A DNA stretch of 29,190 bases, from the IMG/VR virus record IMGVR_UViG_3300025951_000004. One strand, given 5' to 3'. The notes below the pieces were generated by a model. It had not been told where the DNA came from. It did not search any database and saw only the letters and a program-made list of their open reading frames with translations. Origin of the DNA: an uncultured virus (IMG/VR IMGVR_UViG_3300025951_000004) (Duplodnaviria > Heunggongvirae > Uroviricota > Caudoviricetes). Shown here in pieces: positions 23,866 through 29,190 of this stretch (positions are counted from its first letter, which is position 1; each line of letters starts with the position of its first letter). A program made the translations under genes and the position numbers.

Positions 23866-24675
23866 TCAGCCGCGCTCGGCCACGAGCTCGTTGTACTTCT
23901 CCCGCAGCTTGGTGAGATCGCCGTTGGTCAGCTCAGCGACGGCTGTCCGATTGACCATCGCCAGCATCGCCTTGGGCTTGACACCGATCTTGTCGAACGC
24001 GGCGATGGCTTCTCGCCAGCGGGTGGCGATGCTCTCGACGCTGCCATTCCCGCCGCTGTTCTCGTCGCCGTCGGTGTCCTCACCGGCCGGGATCCCGAGC
24101 ATGCTGGTCAGCGAGTAGCGCTTGCCGTACGTGATCGCGATGCCGAGCTGCTGCTTGTTGTTCACACCTTTCTGCGCCTCTCCCTTCACAGGCAGGTCGG
24201 CCTCGACCCACTGACCGCGATGGGACAGCCGCGTCGTGACGACCACGAAATGCTTCCTGGGCCAGAGCGACTGCACGATGGAGACGCCGGCCTCCGAGCA
24301 CGCGGTCCGACACGCATCCCACACCGCCGCGAGGTCGGCATAGCTCGAATTGAGGTGTGTGTTGGTCCGGTTCAACGCAGCGTTGCGGATCTGGCCCTGG
24401 GCCTTGGCGATCGCGTCGTCGAGTAGCGGTGTCGAGTGATCGCTCCATCGATAGGCTCGACTCCCGGAAGGCGTGACAACGCGGTCGGGAACGCCCGTGT
24501 AGCCGAGCAGGCTTTGAAGCATGTCCGCAGCGCGGCCCGGTTCCGCGTCCGCGATCTTGCTGAGCAGCAGCACGATGTCGGGGCGCAACACTTCGCTGGG
24601 CTCGTCTTCGTGCGGATCCGCGATCTCGGTGGTCTCGTCGGTGGTCTCTTCGGTGTCTTGGTCTTGGTCGTTCAT
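23866..24675 (-). CDS. erf: ERF-family single-strand annealing protein
   Basis: AKAQ......N.HLNSSYADL, GVSIVQ, TTRLSH, QQLGIAITYGKRYSLTSMLGI..EDTDG; ATGA overlap at 24672-24675. Confidence 0.92.
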   Translation of the reverse strand: MNDQDQDTEETTDETTEIADPHEDEPSEVLRPDIVLLLSKIADAEPGRAADMLQSLLGYTGVPDRVVTPSGSRAYRWSDHSTPLLDDAIAKAQGQIRNAALNRTNTHLNSSYADLAAVWDACRTACSEAGVSIVQSLWPRKHFVVVTTRLSHRGQWVEADLPVKGEAQKGVNNKQQLGIAITYGKRYSLTSMLGIPAGEDTDGDENSGGNGSVESIATRWREAIAAFDKIGVKPKAMLAMVNRTAVAELTNGDLTKLREKYNELVAERG

Positions 24676-25727
24676 CGTCGATAGCTCCATGGGACAGTCT
24701 GCACGCCGCGCGTGTACGCGTGGCGCCAGTCGTAGGTGAATTGGCGGTCGCGGATCTCGAGCAGCCGCTGTTGGTACAGCTCTCGGCCTTGTTCGATCGC
24801 TTCATCCGGCAAACGCCAGGTCGAAGTGTCGAAGTCGCATTCGCTGCAAATGGCGATGAAGTAGAACTCGACCGGCTCGCCGGGGTACAGCGCCTGCACG
24901 GCGTCGCGGTACATTGCGTTCTGCACGTGGTAGCCGTAGTCGCGCACCGACTTGGCGAACAACCACGGAGCGCGCCGGCCCTTCGCTCGCGTGGTCTTGA
25001 TGTCGCCGATGCCGATCCCCGCTTCGATGTCGCCGACGTCGAACGAGGCCTCGCTGGAGATGTGGGCGAGCTTGTCGACGCGCACCTTCACGACCAAGCC
25101 GCTGATCGGCTCCCGCCAAATGATCGTCTGCTCGACCGGGCCGGGCGCGCGCAGGATCGTGCTCGCTTGCGGGTGCGACCACACGCTGCGAACAATGGCC
25201 GTGAGCCGCAGATAGTCGAACAGCGTGACGTCGATCCGGTCCGGGATCGTGGCGACCAGCTTGTCGCGCATGGCGGTCGCCGACTTCCACGCGTCGGTGG
25301 TCGCAGGGATCATCCTGAGTAGGTCGGCCTCGGGCAGCCCCACCTGCCTCGCAATCTCTACGAGCTTCTGGTTCTTGCCCTTCGCGGGCTTGGGCGGGAT
25401 CGGTAGTCCGAGCCTGCGCGCCCATACGTCCGGCTCGAGGATAGCGACGTGGCCGTGCGTGCCGAAGTCCTTCGAGTCCGTCGCGTCACTCGGACGTGCG
25501 ATGCCCTGGTACCAGTAGCGCTCGAACTCGGCGGGGTTCTCGGCGAGCAAGGCCAGCGAGCTGCGAGTGAGGCACGTCCGATCAGAGAAGTATTGAGCCT
25601 CGGACCAATCGACGGCTATCGCCTGGCCGAGCTCGAGGTCGATGGGGTCCACGACCGCCGGCAGGTTGCCCTCGTGCGCGAGCAAAGCGATCGCGGTCTG
25701 GCCGAGCTCGAGGTCGATGGGATCCAC
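24672..25727 (-). CDS. RecE/exonuclease VIII-like PD-(D/E)xK nuclease (start GTG at 25727 or 25652)
   Basis: LTRSSL, FGTHGHVAILEP, EQTIIW....GLVVKVRVD, DIKTT, YGYHVQNAMY, FYFIAI; adjacent to ERF. Confidence 0.9.
   Translation of the reverse strand: MDPIDLELGQTAIALLAHEGNLPAVVDPIDLELGQAIAVDWSEAQYFSDRTCLTRSSLALLAENPAEFERYWYQGIARPSDATDSKDFGTHGHVAILEPDVWARRLGLPIPPKPAKGKNQKLVEIARQVGLPEADLLRMIPATTDAWKSATAMRDKLVATIPDRIDVTLFDYLRLTAIVRSVWSHPQASTILRAPGPVEQTIIWREPISGLVVKVRVDKLAHISSEASFDVGDIEAGIGIGDIKTTRAKGRRAPWLFAKSVRDYGYHVQNAMYRDAVQALYPGEPVEFYFIAICSECDFDTSTWRLPDEAIEQGRELYQQRLLEIRDRQFTYDWRHAYTRGVQTVPWSYRR
25623..25727. repeat. 30-bp direct repeats (25623-25652, 25698-25727) enclosing SNF2-derived sequence
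   Basis: ctggccgagctcgaggtcgatggg(g/a)tccac, 29/30 identical, 75-bp period; VDPIDLELGQ occurs twice. Confidence 0.95.
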
Positions 25728-25753
25728 CGAAACCGAACAACCAGGCGATTTGC

Positions 25754-26530
25754 CTATTCCCCAGGCGCGACTACCCGTGCATTCCTCGGGTACCGGGCTC
25801 GCCCGCGCGGCAACTCGAACACGATGAAGTAGGAGTGGTTCTTGCGCGCGTGGACCTGCTTCAATAGCCGGCTCACCCCGGGCGCGTTCTCGCGGACGAG
25901 CACGAAGAAGTCGCGAGTGTAGAAGCCCATCGACTCGAAAGCCGTGATGATCTCGACGTGGGTCAGCCGCTGCTTGTTGGCGCTGACCTCGTCCTGGCAC
26001 TTCACGACCAGCAGGCCGCCGCGGCGCAGCACGCGGCGAGCCTCGAGCCCCGCGCGGAAATAGATGTCGAATACGGCCTCGTGGTACTTCGGCTCGCCAG
26101 GCTCGGGTCGATGAACGCCGGCGTGCGAGTACGCGGCGGCGAATGTCGAGTGCGAGCCGGAGCCCGCGCGCTGGGACGTCTCGCGGCGGAAGTAGCCCTC
26201 GGCGTAGGGCGGGTCGAGCACAATGCAGTCGAAGCTCGCTGGCCGGTACGGCAGTGATCGGCAGTCGACGGGCGCCGTATAGGACTCGACCGCGATCCCG
26301 TTGGCCAGCTTCTCGCCGGCCTCCAGGTCGCTCGCGTGGAGCTCGTAGCGGTTCGCGGCCAGGTCGACGCGCCCCCAGAACGTGCCCAGGCCGAAGGTGA
26401 CGTCAGCGATCCTCGAGCCGGCCGGGATGTGGAGCTGGGCGATCTCTGCGAATTGCTCGGCGTTCTGGCCGACGCGGGCCGACTTGACGAGGTCGCTGGT
26501 CGGAACGCCGCGAGGTCGCTTGCGACTCAT
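25754..26530 (-). CDS. DNA amino-methyltransferase (m6A/m4C type)
   Basis: [12 protein letters not shown] (SAM binding), [10 protein letters not shown] (catalytic), [18 protein letters not shown]. Confidence 0.88.
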   Translation of the reverse strand: MSRKRPRGVPTSDLVKSARVGQNAEQFAEIAQLHIPAGSRIADVTFGLGTFWGRVDLAANRYELHASDLEAGEKLANGIAVESYTAPVDCRSLPYRPASFDCIVLDPPYAEGYFRRETSQRAGSGSHSTFAAAYSHAGVHRPEPGEPKYHEAVFDIYFRAGLEARRVLRRGGLLVVKCQDEVSANKQRLTHVEIITAFESMGFYTRDFFVLVRENAPGVSRLLKQVHARKNHSYFIVFELPRGRARYPRNARVVAPGE

Positions 26531-26599
26531 GGGATGTTGTCCGAGTCCATGCCCGCCCGGTACCTGTTCAGCGCGCGGGAGATTCCCCGCGCAAGCGCG

Positions 26600-27427
26600 T
26601 CATGGCCACTCGCTCGCCGCGGTTCCGCAACACGGCATGGCGATGGCCTCGGGCTCGGGCGCGATGCTGATCGCCGCCTTGCCGCCGACCTCGGCAAACT
26701 CGAACAAGCTCCGGCACGGGATGGCCGACTCGGACCCGAGCAGCTCCCCCATGCGGATCGCCCTGGCCTCGAGGTAGGGACGCCCTGTCGATGCCCTGCG
26801 CATGGACAGGAGCGCGACGAGGGCCGGATATGCCGACATCGCGGCGCTGGCCAGGAACGCGAGCGCGTCGGGGCGGGTGCGCCGGCAGGACGCGCCGAGC
26901 ATGTTGGCCGTGACCACCGCGACGAACTCGGCCTTGACAGCGAGCACGCGAGGAACCGGCGACACGCGGGCGACCAGGGCGACCCAGCCGGAGCCGATCT
27001 CAATCGGCTGCACGATCAGCTCGGCGCCGGCCATGATGTCGGCCTCGACGATGAAGACGTGCCCGCCGTACTTGGGCCCGTCGATGCTGAGCCCCGTCAT
27101 GCCGCTCGCGTCGAAGCCCATGCGGCCGGGAAAGCCGAAGACGTCAGCGAAGCGTGCCGCGATGTCGGCGACATCGGTCCAGGGCGAGAACTCCAGCCAC
27201 TTGGGATCGCCACCGTGGGCTCGGATCCAGGCGAGGAACCTAGTCAGCCGACATCCGATCATCAGCCAGCTCGGCGGATACGATGGGTCGATGGCGCCTG
27301 GCGCGGTCCGTTGGCTGCTCCTGGGCGTGAGCAGCCGGATCATCTCGGGGTCCATGTTGTCGGCCCAGGTGACCGTGTAGACGGTTCCGGTTTTGATCTC
27401 GGTTGTGGACGTGGCCGCGGTGTTCAT
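26600..27427 (-). CDS. Hypothetical protein (about 275 aa; start MNTAAT)
   Basis: Long protein-like ORF; TATCGT hexamer 4 nt before the ATG. Confidence 0.7.
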   Translation of the reverse strand: MNTAATSTTEIKTGTVYTVTWADNMDPEMIRLLTPRSSQRTAPGAIDPSYPPSWLMIGCRLTRFLAWIRAHGGDPKWLEFSPWTDVADIAARFADVFGFPGRMGFDASGMTGLSIDGPKYGGHVFIVEADIMAGAELIVQPIEIGSGWVALVARVSPVPRVLAVKAEFVAVVTANMLGASCRRTRPDALAFLASAAMSAYPALVALLSMRRASTGRPYLEARAIRMGELLGSESAIPCRSLFEFAEVGGKAAISIAPEPEAIAMPCCGTAASEWP

Positions 27428-27482
27428 GCCGACGATACCGCAAAGATCCGCTGCCGCTTCCCGTTGCGCGATCACGAGTGAT

Positions 27483-27620
27483 TCATCCCAACTGGTCGAT
27501 CGCCTTCATCCAAGGACAGCGCACGCACTCCACGATCGGCAATGAACATGCTGCATCCTGCAAGCCTCCGTACCGACACCAGCCGTTCGCCGTGGGGAAC
27601 TTGGGCCACCAATCGCTCAC
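27483..27620 (-). CDS. Small Cys/Trp-rich hypothetical peptide (45 aa)
   Basis: Manual translation MSDWWPKFPTANGWCRYGGLQDAACSLPIVECVRCPWMKAIDQLG; fills a gap. Confidence 0.35.
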   Translation of the reverse strand: MSDWWPKFPTANGWCRYGGLQDAACSLPIVECVRCPWMKAIDQLG

Positions 27621-27632
27621 CGGCGGCGCTCG

Positions 27633-27779
27633 CTAGCTACGCCCGCGGGTCGCTCGGGCCCGCCCAAGGCATTCCGCGAGGCAGGCTCGAGCGCGCTGAA
27701 TGGTCCGAGAGACGCCGAACACCACGGTCAGCACGAGGAGCGCACCGAGACATCCGGGTTGGCCCACAGGCTCGCTCAT
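27633..27779 (-). CDS. Small hypothetical peptide with a hydrophobic segment (48 aa)
   Basis: MSEPVGQPGCLGALLVLTVVFGVSR...; ATGA overlap with the upstream gene. Confidence 0.4.
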   Translation of the reverse strand: MSEPVGQPGCLGALLVLTVVFGVSRTIQRARACLAECLGRARATRGRS

Positions 27780-28609
27780 CGGACACCCAACCGAACGAGC
27801 GTCCGAGCGCGATGATCAACGGCTCCGACGGTGCGACCCAGCTCGCGGGCGATGTCCTCGAGCGCGCCGCCGGCCAGCACCCGCGCATCGTCAGCGTCTG
27901 TCCATCGCCTGCAGGGGCGCTTGGTCGCGCCGATCTTCGCGCGGCGATTGGAGACGGATCGCTTGCTCCTTCCGGTGCTGGCCGCGATCTCCTCCGGCGA
28001 CAGATCGCTCCGCGCGAGCGCGTCCTCGCTGTCGGTCCAGCGAACGAGCTGCTCGACGCCGAGCTTGAGGTGACGGCGGCGCGCTCGAACAGCTGCCAGT
28101 GTGCGGCCCATCTCCGCCGCGATCGTGGCGTTCGGTACATTGTCGGCAACGAACTCGCGCAGGTGAGCATCGTCCTCACCCGACCACGCAACCCTGCGGC
28201 CGAGCTTCAGCACGCTTCGGCGGCAGGCGACCGAGTTCTTCGACATGGCCATGCTCTTCGCGATCTCGGCCTCGGTGTGCTTGAGTGCGTCGAGCCGCAG
28301 CAGCTCGGCGTCGCGCTCGGCCGTCCAAACACGAGGAGCTGGGCGTCGTTCAGGCTTCGCCTCCTTGTGCCGCCTCTCCTTTCGTGGCTTCGCAGCGAGT
28401 GGCTTCGCAGCGCGCGGATCGGGCGGGCGGACCTCGGGCTCGCCAGGCTCGGCTTCAAGGAACGATGCGCGAGAGCTCGGCGAGAACCCGCGCAGCTGGC
28501 CGTCCTCGAAGAAGAACTGGGGCTTGCCGTCGATCGTGCCGACGAACAAGCCCGCCCCCCACTGCGGCCGCAAGCGATGCTGATACAACTGGCCGCGCGC
28601 GAACTCCAT
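27776..28609 (-). CDS. SH3/Tudor-like N-domain plus four Myb/SANT-like HTH repeats
   Basis: HRLRPQWGAG N-terminus; repeats WTAERDAEL, WSGEDDAHL, WTDSEDAL and WTDADDARV, each followed by IA...GR(T/S)..(A/S)V..R-like segments. Confidence 0.8.
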   Translation of the reverse strand: MEFARGQLYQHRLRPQWGAGLFVGTIDGKPQFFFEDGQLRGFSPSSRASFLEAEPGEPEVRPPDPRAAKPLAAKPRKERRHKEAKPERRPAPRVWTAERDAELLRLDALKHTEAEIAKSMAMSKNSVACRRSVLKLGRRVAWSGEDDAHLREFVADNVPNATIAAEMGRTLAAVRARRRHLKLGVEQLVRWTDSEDALARSDLSPEEIAASTGRSKRSVSNRRAKIGATKRPCRRWTDADDARVLAGGALEDIARELGRTVGAVDHRARTLVRLGVR

Positions 28610-28612
28610 GGC

Positions 28613-28837
28613 CTATTCCTGCGCCACCTGATCGGACGCGGACTCGCCTCCATCGAGCCGCCGAAGCTTTCGGTCGATCTTGTTCGCCGTCTGCAAGTCG
28701 GTGCGAACGATCGCCTTGACTTCGCTCGTATGCTCGGCGGCCGGAAGCAGCGTGACATGTTCGGGCTGTACGGAGATGTGCTTGGCGATCAGCTCGACGA
28801 GCCGCTCGTGGGTGATCTCGAATTGGATGTTTTCCAT
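28613..28837 (-). CDS. Hypothetical protein (74 aa)
   Basis: Clean ORF in the gene tiling with typical codon usage. Confidence 0.7.
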   Translation of the reverse strand: MENIQFEITHERLVELIAKHISVQPEHVTLLPAAEHTSEVKAIVRTDLQTANKIDRKLRRLDGGESASDQVAQE

Positions 28838-28865
28838 TCACCCGCCAACCACGGCCAGGGCGGTT

Positions 28866-29190
28866 TCATTCCTCGTATCGGTCGACAGCTGACTCCCAGC
28901 GCGGGAACCCGAAGCGCCGGAAGAATTCGTCGAGGGCTAGCCTCGACGGCGTCCACGTCCGCAAGCTGGACAGCGGTACCGGGAGCGCGACGCCGATGTC
29001 GAGCTGGATCAGGCGGCGCCAAAGCCGGACATCGTCCTCGCGGCTGTGGATGGAGTCGCCTAGCTTGATCGGCTTGATGAACGACCAGCGCTCGAGCAGA
29101 TGCTCGAGACCGCCGTCGCCGAGCAGATTCGCCGCCTTCTTCGGGCCGACACCGTGAATGCCGGGGATCGAGTCCACCTTGTCGCCGGCG
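28866..29190 (-). CDS. 5'-3' exonuclease / flap endonuclease (PolA N-terminal-like), C-terminal part
   Basis: AGDKVDSIPGIHGVGPKKAANLL is the H3TH motif; the protein ends without a polymerase domain; 5' end outside the window. Confidence 0.9.
   Translation of the reverse strand, partial: AGDKVDSIPGIHGVGPKKAANLLGDGGLEHLLERWSFIKPIKLGDSIHSREDDVRLWRRLIQLDIGVALPVPLSSLRTWTPSRLALDEFFRRFGFPRWESAVDRYEE

Larger units (their letters stand above)
1..29190. mobile_element. Tailed phage / prophage genome segment (no ends, att sites or integrase visible)
   Basis: Terminase, portal, tail fibre, ERF/RecE, Mom and endolysin-like genes; co-directional genes with many ATGA/TGATG overlaps; no host housekeeping genes. 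Confidence 0.95.

Noticed and set aside
2247..25727. Diversity-generating retroelement TR/VR interpretation of the near-identical repeats
   Set aside because: No reverse transcriptase in the window, the repeats are only 41-50 bp, mismatches are not a one-way adenine-specific pattern, and neither target is a C-terminal variable domain.
26527..26640. Possible frameshifted C-terminus ([25 protein letters not shown], ending in an ATGA overlap with the MTase)
   Set aside because: Suggestive, but there is no slippery site or homology evidence and the upstream ORF has its own stop at 26600.
735..29068. Many long plus-strand ORFs (e.g. 735-2258, 2973-4061, 11166-13406, 27542-29068)
   Set aside because: Antisense shadows of real minus-strand genes in high-GC DNA; R/A/G-rich with no motifs. 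Only 7080-8108 and the 13017-13200 fragment look genuine.
1..29190. CRISPR array, tRNA/rRNA, integrase/att site, IS element
   Set aside because: No regularly spaced repeat-spacer array or recognisable RNA gene, integrase or transposase was seen by eye; tRNAscan or Infernal would be needed to exclude RNA genes fully.

Overview
A GC-rich, densely packed segment of a tailed dsDNA phage or prophage, almost entirely on the minus strand. A myxobacterial host is inferred from the style of the captured enhancer-binding domain and of a Cys-rich lipoprotein. In transcription order (right to left) it carries a 5'-3' exonuclease (partial), a Myb-like repeat protein, an amino-DNA methyltransferase, a RecE-like exonuclease plus ERF annealase, an AlkB dioxygenase, a winged-HTH protein, a RecD2 helicase, a degenerate metallopeptidase-repeat protein, a PD-(D/E)xK nuclease, an SNF2 helicase, a Mom-family DNA modifier, a putative endolysin, a UvrD helicase and a RuvC-like resolvase. 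Next come a lipoprotein, a lone plus-strand tail-fibre gene, a Mu-gp28-type large terminase, a DUF1073-type portal, a repeat virion protein, an XRE regulator and the start of a probable head-maturation gene. The standout is the portal ORF (3060-5435). It continues without a stop into an excisionase-type HTH and a sigma-54 enhancer-binding-protein AAA+ domain that keeps its ATPase motifs but lacks both sigma-54-contacting loops. Also notable are a 50-bp piece of the SNF2 gene copied into the 5' end of the RecE-like gene between 30-bp direct repeats, 41-bp repeats flanking one small gene, leaderless-type promoters and a Mom/MTase/AlkB trio. All family calls come from recognising motifs by eye; no database searches were run.
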